From: a virus
DNA: 30,871 bases
Reading direction: 5' to 3' (one strand)
UHGV virus genome: UHGV-0057520
Part shown: positions 7,921-17,036 of the stretch, piece by piece
Numbering within the stretch: position 1 is the first letter of the stretch
Layout of the letters: the number at the start of each line of letters is the position of its first letter
The notes under the pieces: generated by a model
Databases searched by the model: none
Told to the model about the DNA's origin: nothing
Seen by the model: only the letters and a program-made list of their open reading frames with translations
Translations under genes and position numbers: made by a program

Positions 7921-8389
7921 ATTATCATATGATGATGTTTTAGGTGTACTTAGATGGAAAGTGTCTCCTTCTAATAATGTTAAGGTTGGCAGTGTTGCTG
8001 GTTACATTAGGAGTGATGGTTATAGGATGTTAACTATCGATGGTGTAATTACTTATGCTCACCACGTTATATGGATGATAAATAATGGTGAGATTCCATT
8101 AGGGTATAAAATTGATCATATAAATGGAGTAAGGTCAGATAATAGGCTATCTAATCTTCGATTGGTTACACACCAACAGAATGCACAGAACCAAAAGAGA
8201 AAAATAACCAATTCGTCAGGAGTGACTGGAGTATATTTCAATAAAGAGAGATGTAAGTGGATTGCGAATATATGCGTAGATGGGCGCACCAAATATCTTG
8301 GAATATTTGCTAGCATCATTGACGCTATTGCAGAAAGGAAGAGGGCAGAAAAAGAACTGGGTTTTCATGAAAACCATGGCAGACCATAA
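7883..8389 (+). CDS. HNH homing endonuclease with AP2-like DNA-binding domain
   Basis: 168 aa; HNH motif IDHINGVRSDNRLSNLRLVTHQQNAQN; C-terminal SGVTGVYFNKERCKWIANICVDGRTKYLGIF resembles an AP2 domain; markedly AT-rich. Confidence 0.75.
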   Translation: MRNISNIDELRNKLSYDDVLGVLRWKVSPSNNVKVGSVAGYIRSDGYRMLTIDGVITYAHHVIWMINNGEIPLGYKIDHINGVRSDNRLSNLRLVTHQQNAQNQKRKITNSSGVTGVYFNKERCKWIANICVDGRTKYLGIFASIIDAIAERKRAEKELGFHENHGRP

Positions 8390-8442
8390 CTGCGCAGAAC
8401 TGATGAGCGATCCGAATAGCTCGATGCACGAGGAAGAAGACG

Positions 8443-8655
8443 ATGAGTGATTACCTGAAATGGTATCTCTGCCACCGCTGGTTAATTAAGTTTGCTGTAA
8501 AAGACTGGATGACAGCGGATGCCAACAAGCTTAAGCAAAGAAAGGACTATTACTACGCCAGAATGAAGGAAAACTACTGCTCAATTCGCACTCGCATATT
8601 TATTAAAAAAGACCTTCAGTCAATTCTTCAATTGCGAGGGAAGGTAAATGGCTAA
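8443..8655 (+). CDS. hypothetical protein, 70 aa
   Basis: ATG with GAGGAAGAAG upstream; no family recognised. Confidence 0.4.
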   Translation: MSDYLKWYLCHRWLIKFAVKDWMTADANKLKQRKDYYYARMKENYCSIRTRIFIKKDLQSILQLRGKVNG

Positions 8656-8938
8656 CCTACGCAAAGAAGCGCGCGGCAGAGAATGCCAGGTACGTATTTA
8701 CGGCGTATGCAATGGTAATCCTGAAACTACAGTTCTGGCACATTACCGGATGGCTGGAATTTGCGGAACGGGAATGAAGCCTGACGACCTGATCGGCGCA
8801 TGGGCTTGTAGCGCGTGTCACGATGAAATCGACCGACGCACCCATAATCTCGACAACAAAGACGCCAGACTTTACCACCTCGAAGGCGTGATCAGGACGC
8901 AGGCGATACTGCTGAAGGAGGGAAAGATTAAGCCATGA
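8648..8938 (+). CDS. ybcO: YbcO-like protein (DUF1364, putative nuclease of DLP12-type nin regions)
   Basis: RECQVRIYGVCNGNPETTVLAH...CSACHDEIDRRTH closely matches my recollection of E. coli YbcO. Confidence 0.7.
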   Translation: MANLRKEARGRECQVRIYGVCNGNPETTVLAHYRMAGICGTGMKPDDLIGAWACSACHDEIDRRTHNLDNKDARLYHLEGVIRTQAILLKEGKIKP

Positions 8939-9297
8939 ACGAATATCAGTTTGTGCTTCCATACCCGCCGTCGGTGAATACCTACTGGCGAAGACGAGGA
9001 AGCCAATACTACATCAGCGATAAAGGCCAGAAATACCGAAAAGACGTTCAGCAAATCATCCGCCAACTTAAGTTAGACATTTTCACCAAATCACGACTCC
9101 GCATCAAAGTAATCGCAGACGTTCCAGACTCCCGCCGCCGCGACCTCGATAACATCCTGAAAGGTTTACTCGACTCCCTTATCCACGCCGGATTTGCGGA
9201 AGACGACGAGCAATTCGATGACATTCGCGTAATTCGTGGTGTGAAAGTACCAGGCGGACGGCTTGGAATAAAAATCACCGAACTGGAGAACGTATGA
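8935..9297 (+). CDS. rusA: RusA-family Holliday junction resolvase
   Basis: 120 aa; LPYPPSVN, DSRRRDLDNILKGLLDSL and GGRLGIKITE motifs are typical of RusA. Confidence 0.85.
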   Translation: MNEYQFVLPYPPSVNTYWRRRGSQYYISDKGQKYRKDVQQIIRQLKLDIFTKSRLRIKVIADVPDSRRRDLDNILKGLLDSLIHAGFAEDDEQFDDIRVIRGVKVPGGRLGIKITELENV

Positions 9298-9482
9298 ACG
9301 CCACAATTCAAACGATACCAGAGCTTCTTATCCAGACACGAGGCAATCAGACCGAAGTGGCGAGGATGCTTTCCTGCGCAAGAGGAACAGTGCTCAAGTA
9401 CAACCGAGACAGCAAAGGTGAGCGTCACGTAATAGTTAACGGCGTCCTGATGGTCAAACAAGGCAAGAGGGGAAGACGATGA
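9294..9482 (+). CDS. NinH-like protein
   Basis: TIPELLIQTRGNQTEVARML.C.RGTV.KY parallels lambda NinH (TIPDMLVEAYGNQTEVARRLKCSRGTVRKY). Confidence 0.65.
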   Translation: MNATIQTIPELLIQTRGNQTEVARMLSCARGTVLKYNRDSKGERHVIVNGVLMVKQGKRGRR

Positions 9483-9997
9483 GCATAAGAGAACTAAACC
9501 TCACCAAAGAGCAGCACGAGTGGCTGAATGGCTGGCTTGAACTGTGGGGCGCATGGGTTTATTCAGGTCGTCTGGAAAAGCGCATGAGCAGCGTAATAGC
9601 GAAGTTCATGGAGAGCGTAGAGCCGGGAAGAGTTATGACAAGGCCAATGTGTAATGATGATGATGGAATGTTGATTTCTCAGGTCGTCGATTCCGTCATG
9701 TGCATTGACAAGAAAGCCTTTGGAATCCTCCTCAGCTACTACGCTCATGGTTCATCTAAGCGAGCAATTGCATCCTACTATCACGCGACTGCAAAGCCAC
9801 GCAAGATGTGTGGACGTGGTGGCGAGGGATGGAGAAAGCCTTCACTGGCAACCTGTAGAAACGAAATTGACGACATCCTGAAAGCGTCGTTATTTGTTTT
9901 GTACCAACCAATGCAAAATGCTTTCAAAATGCGTAAACGTGTTGAGAAAGTTAAGCATGTTGCTGTTAAAAGCCTTGACATGCAATTAGCCATTTAG
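9479..9997 (+). CDS. Q: late-gene antiterminator Q
   Basis: 172 aa, last gene before pR'; N-terminal WLELWGAWV motif resembles DLP12-type Q (QuuD) proteins; conserved position upstream of the lysis genes. Confidence 0.75.
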   Translation: MSIRELNLTKEQHEWLNGWLELWGAWVYSGRLEKRMSSVIAKFMESVEPGRVMTRPMCNDDDGMLISQVVDSVMCIDKKAFGILLSYYAHGSSKRAIASYYHATAKPRKMCGRGGEGWRKPSLATCRNEIDDILKASLFVLYQPMQNAFKMRKRVEKVKHVAVKSLDMQLAI

Positions 9998-10004
9998 CCA
10001 TAAT
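9975..10004 (+). promoter_or_regulatory. late promoter pR' candidate
   Basis: -35 TTGACA (9975-9980), 18-bp spacer, -10 CATAAT (9999-10004), overlapping the end of Q. Confidence 0.55.
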
Positions 10005-10014
10005 TAGAGGGTAA

Positions 10015-10056
10015 GCTGCCGTTAGTGACTCTTAAGTTGCAACGGTGGCTTTTTTT
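10015..10056 (+). terminator. stem-loop plus U-run just downstream of pR' (tR'-like)
   Basis: GCTGCCGTT...AACGGTGGC forms a 9-bp stem (two G-U pairs) with a 17-nt loop, followed by TTTTTTTATTT. Confidence 0.45.
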
Positions 10057-10060
10057 ATTT

Positions 10061-10135
10061 GGGTCAGTCGTATAAAGGTCATTACGGAAGGCTGTTAACC
10101 TTCTTATCGTGGTTCGAGTCCACGCTGTCCCGCCA
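10061..10135 (+). tRNA. tRNA-like gene, anticodon GUU (Asn), non-canonical D-arm and one acceptor-stem mismatch
   Basis: Manual fold: acceptor 6 of 7 bp, perfect anticodon stem GAAGG/CCTTC with loop CTGTTAA, T-arm CGTGG-TTCGAGT-CCACG, 3' GCCA. Confidence 0.5.
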
Positions 10136-10140
10136 AATAT

Positions 10141-10216
10141 GCTGGTTTAGCTCCAATGGTAGAGCAGTCGCCTTGTAAGCGAATGGGTAGCGGTTCAAGT
10201 CCGTTAACCAGCACCA
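10141..10216 (+). tRNA. tRNA-Thr (anticodon UGU)
   Basis: Manual fold: perfect acceptor stem GCTGGTT/AACCAGC, D-arm GCTC-CAATGGTA-GAGC, anticodon loop CTTGTAA, T-loop TTCAAGT, discriminator A and CCA; 5 nt after the first tRNA. Confidence 0.7.
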
Positions 10217-10458
10217 TAACTGAGCCGTAGCCACTGGCTATCCTGGATTCATCAGTGATAGTTACGCTGCGGCCTTCTACACATGACCTTCGTGAAAGCG
10301 GGTGGCAAGAGGTTGCGCTAACAACCTCCTGCCGTTTTGCCCGTGCATATCGGTCACGAACAAATCTGATTACTAAACACAGTAGCCTGGATTTGTTCTA
10401 TCAGTAATCGACCTTATTCCTAATTAAATAGAGCAAATCCCCTTATTGGGGGTAAGAC

Positions 10459-10782
10459 ATGAAGATGCCAGAAAAACATGACCTGTTAGCCGCCATTCTC
10501 GCGGCAAAGGAACAAGGCATCGGGGCAATCCTTGCGTTTGCAATGGCGTACCTTCGCGGCAGATATAATGGCGGTGCGTTTACAAAAACAGTAATCGACG
10601 CAACGATGTGCGCCATTATCGCCTGGTTCATTCGTGACCTTCTCGACTTCGCCGGACTAAGTAGCAATCTCGCTTATATAACAAGCGTGTTCATCGGCTA
10701 CATCGGTACTGACTCGATTGGTTCGCTTATCAAACGCTTCGCTGCTAAAAAAGCCGGAGTAGAAGATGGTGGAAATCAATAA
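10459..10782 (+). CDS. S: class I holin S (dual-start holin/antiholin)
   Basis: 107 aa, essentially identical to my recollection of lambda S, including the MKM dual-start motif. Confidence 0.9.
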   Translation: MKMPEKHDLLAAILAAKEQGIGAILAFAMAYLRGRYNGGAFTKTVIDATMCAIIAWFIRDLLDFAGLSSNLAYITSVFIGYIGTDSIGSLIKRFAAKKAGVEDGGNQ

Positions 10783-11242
10783 TCAACGTAAGGCGTTCCT
10801 CGATATGCTGGCGTGGTCAGAAGGAACAGATAACGGACGGCAGAAAACCAGAAATCACGGTTATGATGTTATTGTCGGTGGCGAGCTGTTCACTGATTAC
10901 TCCGATCACCCCCGCAAACTTGTCACGCTAAATCCGAAACTCAAATCAACAGCCGCCGGACGTTACCAGCTTCTTTCCCGTTGGTGGGATGCCTATCGTA
11001 AGCAGCTTGGCCTGAAAGACTTCTCTCCGAAAAGCCAGGACGCTGTGGCACTGCAACAGATTAAAGAGCGTGGCGCTTTACCGATGATTGATCGCGGTGA
11101 TATTCGTCAGGCTATCGACCGTTGCAGCAATATCTGGGCTTCACTGCCTGGCGCTGGTTATGGTCAGTTCGAGCATAAGGCTGACAGCCTGATTGCAAAA
11201 TTCAAAGAGGCTGGCGGAACGGTCAGAGAGATTGAGGTATGA
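10766..11242 (+). CDS. R: endolysin R (lytic transglycosylase)
   Basis: 158 aa, very close to lambda R as recalled; overlaps the holin 3' end as in lambda. Confidence 0.9.
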   Translation: MVEINNQRKAFLDMLAWSEGTDNGRQKTRNHGYDVIVGGELFTDYSDHPRKLVTLNPKLKSTAAGRYQLLSRWWDAYRKQLGLKDFSPKSQDAVALQQIKERGALPMIDRGDIRQAIDRCSNIWASLPGAGYGQFEHKADSLIAKFKEAGGTVREIEV

Positions 11243-11676
11243 GCAGAGTCGCCGCGATTATTTATGCTCTGGTTATCTGCATCATCGTCTGCCTGTCATG
11301 GGCTGTTAATCATTACCGTGATAACGCCACCGCCTACAAAGAGCAGCGCGATAAAGCCATATCCATCATCGCTGATATGCAGAAGCGGCAACGTGATGTA
11401 GCAGAACTCGACGCCAGATACACAAAGGAGCTTGCTGATGCTAACGCGACTATCGAAAGTCTCCGTGCTGATGTTTCTGCTGGGCGTAAGCGCCTGCAAG
11501 TCGCCGCCACCTGTGCAAAGTCAACGACCGGAGCCAGCGGCATGGGCGATGGAGAAAGCCCAAGACTTACAGCAGATGCTGAACTCAATTATTACCGTCT
11601 CCGAAGTGGAATCGACAAGATAACCGCGCAGGTTAACTACCTGCAGGAGTACATCAGGACGCAATGCCTGAAATAA
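11239..11676 (+). CDS. Rz: spanin inner-membrane subunit Rz
   Basis: N-terminal [30 protein letters not shown] is near-identical to lambda Rz; coiled-coil periplasmic domain. Confidence 0.85.
   Translation: MSRVAAIIYALVICIIVCLSWAVNHYRDNATAYKEQRDKAISIIADMQKRQRDVAELDARYTKELADANATIESLRADVSAGRKRLQVAATCAKSTTGASGMGDGESPRLTADAELNYYRLRSGIDKITAQVNYLQEYIRTQCLK
11438..11623 (+). CDS. Rz1: spanin outer-membrane lipoprotein Rz1 (embedded in Rz, +1 frame)
   Basis: ATG at 11438 with GGAG upstream; signal peptide and lipobox (LLGVSAC) followed by a proline-rich segment. Confidence 0.7.
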   Translation: MLTRLSKVSVLMFLLGVSACKSPPPVQSQRPEPAAWAMEKAQDLQQMLNSIITVSEVESTR

Positions 11677-11708
11677 TTTTTTTGCAAATCACAAAGTCAA
11701 TTTAATGA

Positions 11709-11731
11709 GCCTCGCGATGCGGGGCTTTTTT
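11709..11731 (+). terminator. rho-independent terminator after the lysis cassette
   Basis: GCCTCGC-GAT-GCGGGGC hairpin (7 bp, one G-U pair) followed by TTTTTT. Confidence 0.6.
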
Positions 11732-11878
11732 ATGTCCGCAGTAAACGCGCTTCACACGCGCGACTTATGAACACAGAACCTTTCAGGATGACCCTTGAGG
11801 ATGCCGGTTTGGTGATCGGTGCCTTTCTGTGGGCCGGAATCCTGTGTGACAAGGTTCATCACTAAAAGGTGAACACTG

Positions 11879-12421
11879 ATGAATTATCCAACTATCGTTA
11901 ACGGCATCGATTTCCGAGATCTGATTTTTGTGGCAAACAACGATCCGGTTACAGATTCTTTTATGGTGGCAAAAGCATTTGGAAAGCTGCCGAAGAACGT
12001 GGTTCGTGACATTGAACGAACCATAGAAGCTTGCCCTCCTGAGTTTGATACAAAGCTCAACTTTGAGCTTTGCTATAAAAACAATGAGTTACAGAATGGT
12101 AAGCCGCAAAAATTCTACCGTCTCCGCAAGGATGGGTTGATGCTTTTGGTTATGTCCTACACCAAAAAAGAAGCAATGCGTATCAAAATTGCTTACATCA
12201 ACGCATTCAACTGGATGTACGCCATGCTTCAGGTTGGTCATCGTCAATTTGAAGAAGAGAGAAATGCCGTAATGCTGGAGTACATGAAAGAGAAGGATGT
12301 TGCCAGCATGTCAGGCCGCCTGCTTAATCGCTGGGGAAAAATTAAGAAGCCTCAGCTACTGGCGAGAATTGAACGCCTTGAACAGCACGGGCAAACCGTA
12401 ATCCCCGGACTCACCAATTAA
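11879..12421 (+). CDS. rha: Rha-family phage regulatory protein
   Basis: 180 aa; N-terminal region resembles the Rha domain and sits between lysis and terminase genes, as in P22-like genomes. Confidence 0.6.
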   Translation: MNYPTIVNGIDFRDLIFVANNDPVTDSFMVAKAFGKLPKNVVRDIERTIEACPPEFDTKLNFELCYKNNELQNGKPQKFYRLRKDGLMLLVMSYTKKEAMRIKIAYINAFNWMYAMLQVGHRQFEEERNAVMLEYMKEKDVASMSGRLLNRWGKIKKPQLLARIERLEQHGQTVIPGLTN

Positions 12422-12648
12422 CGGCAGTACAGCGAAACAACCCAAGCCAGAAAGTGGGGAAATAACACTGGCAGCCACTGAAAGATGAACCTCCTGCCTT
12501 ATGGCAAGAAAGATTCTTTGTGGTGGCGGACTGATGGAAAGACATCGGTTATTGCAGAGGTCATTCAATGAGTGGTCTCGACAATGGCTTATACCCTACA
12601 CGGGATAACTTAACTGATATCCCTTTTAACGGATAAACGGAGCCAACA

Positions 12649-12891
12649 ATGGCAGAGATTATTCCCATGACTGAAGAACAGAAATTCCAGTTAGAGATTT
12701 ACAAGCTGGTCATGAACCAGAACGCAGCCGCAGAAGAAGCATTTCAATTCATTGGCACTGACGAGCTGAAGCTTGAGCTATTCAAAATTCACTTCCAGTC
12801 AGGCGGCGCTAATTCAGATATCACGACCCGCACTATCGAAGCGGTACGTAAATCGAAGGAGGCGTTAGACCTGTTCACTACCGGAGCATAA
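12649..12891 (+). CDS. hypothetical protein, 80 aa, upstream of terminase
   Basis: GGAG ribosome-binding site; no family recognised. Confidence 0.45.
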   Translation: MAEIIPMTEEQKFQLEIYKLVMNQNAAAEEAFQFIGTDELKLELFKIHFQSGGANSDITTRTIEAVRKSKEALDLFTTGA

Positions 12892-12893
12892 AC

Positions 12894-13334
12894 ATGGCGC
12901 GCCCAACAAAGTATCAAGAGGCGTATGCCGAACAGGCACGCAAACTGTGCTTGCTGGGCTACACCGATGCAGAGCTTGCTGATTTCTTCGAAGTCAGTGA
13001 GTCAACTATTAACAAGTGGAAGCTTGATTATCCTGAGTTTTCGGAGTCCATAAAAAAGGGTAAGGCCGTCGCTGATGCAGAAGTTAGTGATCGTCTTTAT
13101 CAACGCGCTATGGGCTTCGTGGCTCCAGACATCGATATTCGTGTTATTGAAAACAGAATTGTCGAAACTCCGCTTGAGAAGTATTACCCGCCTGATACAA
13201 CCGCCGCCATCTTCTGGCTTAAGAACCGACAGAAGGATAAATGGCGCGATAAGGTTGATCACGAGCTAACAGGCAAAGACGGCGGCGCAATCCAGATTGA
13301 AACATCACCGATGAGCACTCTATTCGGAAAATGA
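12894..13334 (+). CDS. terminase small subunit
   Basis: 146 aa directly upstream of and overlapping the large terminase; HTH-like N-terminus (YTDAELADFFEVSESTINKWK). Confidence 0.75.
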   Translation: MARPTKYQEAYAEQARKLCLLGYTDAELADFFEVSESTINKWKLDYPEFSESIKKGKAVADAEVSDRLYQRAMGFVAPDIDIRVIENRIVETPLEKYYPPDTTAAIFWLKNRQKDKWRDKVDHELTGKDGGAIQIETSPMSTLFGK

Positions 13335-14746
13335 CCTCGATTAATCCTATCTTTGAACCGTTCATTGAGGCGCATCGCTATAAAGTCGCCAAAGGCGGTC
13401 GAGGTAGCGGTAAGTCATGGGCAATCGCGAGGCTGCTTGTTGAAGCGGCGCGTCGGCAGCCGGTGCGTATTCTCTGCGCTCGTGAACTGCAAAACAGTAT
13501 CAGCGATTCGGTAATCCGGTTGCTTGAAGACACCATAGAGCGGGAAGGGTATTCGGCTGAGTTTGAAATTCAGCGTTCAATGATTCGTCATCTCGGAACG
13601 AATGCTGAGTTCATGTTCTACGGCATCAAAAACAACCCGACGAAGATTAAATCGCTCGAAGGCATTGATATCTGCTGGGTGGAGGAAGCGGAAGCGGTAA
13701 CGAAGGAATCATGGGATATCCTGATACCAACCATCCGCAAGCCATTTTCCGAAATATGGGTGAGCTTCAACCCGAAAAACATCCTCGACGATACCTATCA
13801 GCGATTCGTAGTAAACCCTCCCGATGATATTTGTCTGCTGACGGTGAACTACACCGACAACCCGCACTTTCCTGAAGTTCTCCGTCTGGAGATGGAAGAG
13901 TGCAAACGCAGAAATCCGACACTGTATCGTCACATCTGGCTTGGTGAGCCGGTAAGCGCAAGTGATATGGCAATCATCAAACGTGAATGGCTTGAAGCCG
14001 CAACCGATGCGCACAAGAAACTCGGATGGAAAGCGAAAGGTGCGGTTGTTTCTGCGCATGACCCGTCAGATACAGGGCCAGATGCTAAAGGTTACGCATC
14101 GCGTCACGGTTCGGTGGTTAAGCGCATTGCCGAAGGTCTGCTGATGGACATCAACGAGGGTGCTGACTGGGCTACTTCGCTGGCGATTGAAGACAGCGCT
14201 GACCATTACCTGTGGGATGGTGATGGCGTCGGTGCGGGGCTACGCAGACAGACAACGGAAGCATTCTCCGGTAAGAAAATCACCGCCACGATGTTCAAGG
14301 GCAGTGAATCGCCATTCGATGAAGATGCGCCGTATCAGGCCGGAGCATGGGCTGATGAAGTCGTACAGGGCGACAACGTTCGCACTATTGGTGATGTGTT
14401 CCGCAATAAGCGAGCGCAATTCTATTACGCGCTGGCTGACAGGCTGTATCTGACATATCGGGCGGTTGTCCACGGTGAGTATGCAGACCCCGACGACATG
14501 CTGAGCTTCGACAAAGAAGCGATAGGCGAGAAGATGCTGGAGAGGCTGTTTGCAGAACTGACGCAGATTCAGCGCAAATTCAATAATAACGGGAAGCTGG
14601 AGCTTATGACTAAGGTCGAAATGAAGCAGAAGCTCGGTATCCCATCTCCTAACCTGGCTGATGCGCTGATGATGTGTATGCATTGCCCGGAGTCGGCTGC
14701 GCAACCCGACTATTCCAGTTACTCAATTCCTTGTGGTGTAGGTTGA
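13331..14746 (+). CDS. terminase large subunit (ATPase/nuclease)
   Basis: 471 aa; Walker A VAKGGRGSGKS near the N-terminus; size and position match P22/Sf6-type large terminases. Confidence 0.9.
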   Translation: MTSINPIFEPFIEAHRYKVAKGGRGSGKSWAIARLLVEAARRQPVRILCARELQNSISDSVIRLLEDTIEREGYSAEFEIQRSMIRHLGTNAEFMFYGIKNNPTKIKSLEGIDICWVEEAEAVTKESWDILIPTIRKPFSEIWVSFNPKNILDDTYQRFVVNPPDDICLLTVNYTDNPHFPEVLRLEMEECKRRNPTLYRHIWLGEPVSASDMAIIKREWLEAATDAHKKLGWKAKGAVVSAHDPSDTGPDAKGYASRHGSVVKRIAEGLLMDINEGADWATSLAIEDSADHYLWDGDGVGAGLRRQTTEAFSGKKITATMFKGSESPFDEDAPYQAGAWADEVVQGDNVRTIGDVFRNKRAQFYYALADRLYLTYRAVVHGEYADPDDMLSFDKEAIGEKMLERLFAELTQIQRKFNNNGKLELMTKVEMKQKLGIPSPNLADALMMCMHCPESAAQPDYSSYSIPCGVG

Positions 14747-14747
14747 T

Positions 14748-16946
14748 ATGGCAGAAAAAAAGATGACTGACTGGCATCGCAAGGTGCTGTGCAACTTTGA
14801 TAATGCCTGGTCAGCAACGCAGGATATGCGTGAGCAGATTATTGAGGCTCAACGTTTCGTCCGGGTGTCCGGCGCACAGTGGGAAGGCAGCACAAACGCT
14901 GGTTACTCATTTGATGAAGGCAGGTTTGAGCATTACCCGCGCTTTGAACTGAATAAGATTGCCCGTGAATGTGATCGCATCATTGGCGAGTATCGACAGA
15001 ATCGCATCAGCGTTAAATTCAGGCCGAAGGACGATAAGGCATCGGAAGCGTTAGCCGAAAAGATGAACGGCAAATTCCGCGCTGACTATCAGGAAACATC
15101 CGGTGGCGAAGCGTGTGATAACGCATTTGATGATGCTGTAACGGGCGGATTCGGTTGTTTCCGCATGTGTGCCGATTACGAAGATGAAATGGATCCGAGT
15201 AACGAGCAGCGCCGCATCAGACTTCTTCCTGTTTACGACCCAGCGACATGCGTCTTCTTCGATCAGGACAGCAAGCAATATGACCGTTCTGATGCTATGT
15301 GGGCTATGGAAATGTTCTCCATGACGCCTAAAGCGTTCGAGACTGAATACCCTGATTCCATCGCGGCAAGCCTTTCTCGTGATGACACTGGCACTCAGTA
15401 TGACTGGTCAACGCCCGATGCCATCTATGTTGGACGCTACTACGAAGTTCGCATAGAGAAGGTGAAGCTCACGGCGTGGCGCAACCCTGTTAGCGGAGAA
15501 ACGGCAATCTATGATGAAGAGCAAATCAAAGATATTGTTGACGAGCTGACCGATGGCGCATTCGAACTGATTGGCGAGCGGACAGTGAAGAAACGCCGCG
15601 TTTATTGCGGCCTTCTGTCTGGCGCTGAATGGCTGGAAGAACCGAAGCGTATTCCGGGCGAACATATTCCTCTCATCCCGGTATATGGGCGTCGCTCATT
15701 TGTTGATAATCAGGAGCGAATCGAAGGCCACGCTGCAAAAGCGATGGATGCACAGCGTCTTGAGAACCTGATGGTTTCCATGATTGCAGATAACGCTACT
15801 CAGGCTGGCGGTGATGGCATTCCTATCGTGGATGTTGATTTCATTCCCGGTCCATTAATGAATCACTGGGCAGAGAGGAATAAGAAAAGACCAGCAGTTC
15901 TTCCCATGACCAGCAAGAAGGACAAAAACGGAACGGTCATTTCAGAGGCTCAGGTTGCTGGCTGGACGCCTCCGACACAAATGCCTCCAGCTCTTGCCGG
16001 GCTATTGCAGTACACCGGAACGGCTATTCAGCAAATTACAGGTGCTTCGCAGCTTGAGAACATGCCGAGCAACGTCGCCACCGATACCGTTGATAGCATT
16101 TTTAACCGGATGGACACGCAGTCCTATATCTACATGGACAACATGGCTAAATCCATGCGTCGCGCTGGCGTTGTGTGGCTTTCTATGGCGCGTGAAGTCT
16201 ATGGCAGCGATACGCCGATGCGTATCGTTAATGAGGACGGCAGCGATGACGTGGCGCTGATGACTGGTGAAGTGGTTGACCGTCAGACAGGGCAGGTTAT
16301 CGCGCTTAACGACCTTTCGCAGGGTAACTATGAAGTGACTGTCGATGTCGGTCAGTCGTTCGCTACTCGCCGTGATGCAACGGTTAAGTCGTTACTTTCC
16401 ATGCTGGCACTTATCCCGCCAGGAACGCCGAAGCATGACCTTGTATCGTCGATGATTCTCGACAATATGGACGGCGAAGGGATGGACGACCTGAAAGAAT
16501 ACAACCGCAATCAGTTGCTTCTGTCTGGCGTTATCAAGCCGAGAACGCCTGAAGAACAGCAAATGGTTGAGCAGGCGAAACAACAACAGGCCAGTCAGCC
16601 AGATCCGGCTATGGTTGCTGCGCAAGGTCAGCTTCTTGCTGGTCAGGCTGAATTGCAGAAAGCGCAGAACGAACAAGCAGCCATTCAGGTTAAAGCATTC
16701 CAGGCACAGACGGATGCTCAGGTTGCTGCGGCAAATGTTGTGAAAATCCTCGCATCTGCCGATAGCCAGCAAAAATCTGATATCCGTGAGGCGCTGAAAC
16801 TGCTCGGACAGTTCCAGCAACAGCAAGGAGATAATGCCCGTGCTGATGCAGAGCTTGTCCTGAAGAGTCAGGCGCAGGGCCATGCGCAGCGCATGGACAT
16901 CAACAGCATCCTGCAAAAATCAACTCAGCAACAACCACAGCAGTAA
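14748..16946 (+). CDS. portal protein
   Basis: 732 aa immediately after terminase; Gln/Ala-rich C-terminal helical extension as in the P22 portal. Confidence 0.85.
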   Translation: MAEKKMTDWHRKVLCNFDNAWSATQDMREQIIEAQRFVRVSGAQWEGSTNAGYSFDEGRFEHYPRFELNKIARECDRIIGEYRQNRISVKFRPKDDKASEALAEKMNGKFRADYQETSGGEACDNAFDDAVTGGFGCFRMCADYEDEMDPSNEQRRIRLLPVYDPATCVFFDQDSKQYDRSDAMWAMEMFSMTPKAFETEYPDSIAASLSRDDTGTQYDWSTPDAIYVGRYYEVRIEKVKLTAWRNPVSGETAIYDEEQIKDIVDELTDGAFELIGERTVKKRRVYCGLLSGAEWLEEPKRIPGEHIPLIPVYGRRSFVDNQERIEGHAAKAMDAQRLENLMVSMIADNATQAGGDGIPIVDVDFIPGPLMNHWAERNKKRPAVLPMTSKKDKNGTVISEAQVAGWTPPTQMPPALAGLLQYTGTAIQQITGASQLENMPSNVATDTVDSIFNRMDTQSYIYMDNMAKSMRRAGVVWLSMAREVYGSDTPMRIVNEDGSDDVALMTGEVVDRQTGQVIALNDLSQGNYEVTVDVGQSFATRRDATVKSLLSMLALIPPGTPKHDLVSSMILDNMDGEGMDDLKEYNRNQLLLSGVIKPRTPEEQQMVEQAKQQQASQPDPAMVAAQGQLLAGQAELQKAQNEQAAIQVKAFQAQTDAQVAAANVVKILASADSQQKSDIREALKLLGQFQQQQGDNARADAELVLKSQAQGHAQRMDINSILQKSTQQQPQQ

Positions 16947-17036
16947 TTAACCCATAACGTGCAATGGCTGTCTTTATGAGGCCTGGCACCCTATTGCCTT
17001 CCGATGGGCTGAACATCGAGTAAACAGGGGTAAAAA

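Noticed and set aside
10217-10440. Third tRNA gene downstream of tRNA-Thr
   Set aside because: No T-loop (GTTCRA) or cloverleaf could be folded by hand; only imperfect inverted repeats are present.
9998-10458. Possible Shiga-toxin or other cargo genes between Q/tRNAs and the holin
   Set aside because: The interval is under 250 bp after the tRNAs and contains no ORF of useful length; no A- or B-subunit-like reading frame is present.
13709-14704. Minus-strand ORFs of 116, 68 and 154 aa inside the large terminase gene
   Set aside because: They lie antisense within a strongly supported gene with a Walker A motif, have no ribosome-binding sites and have low-complexity translations.
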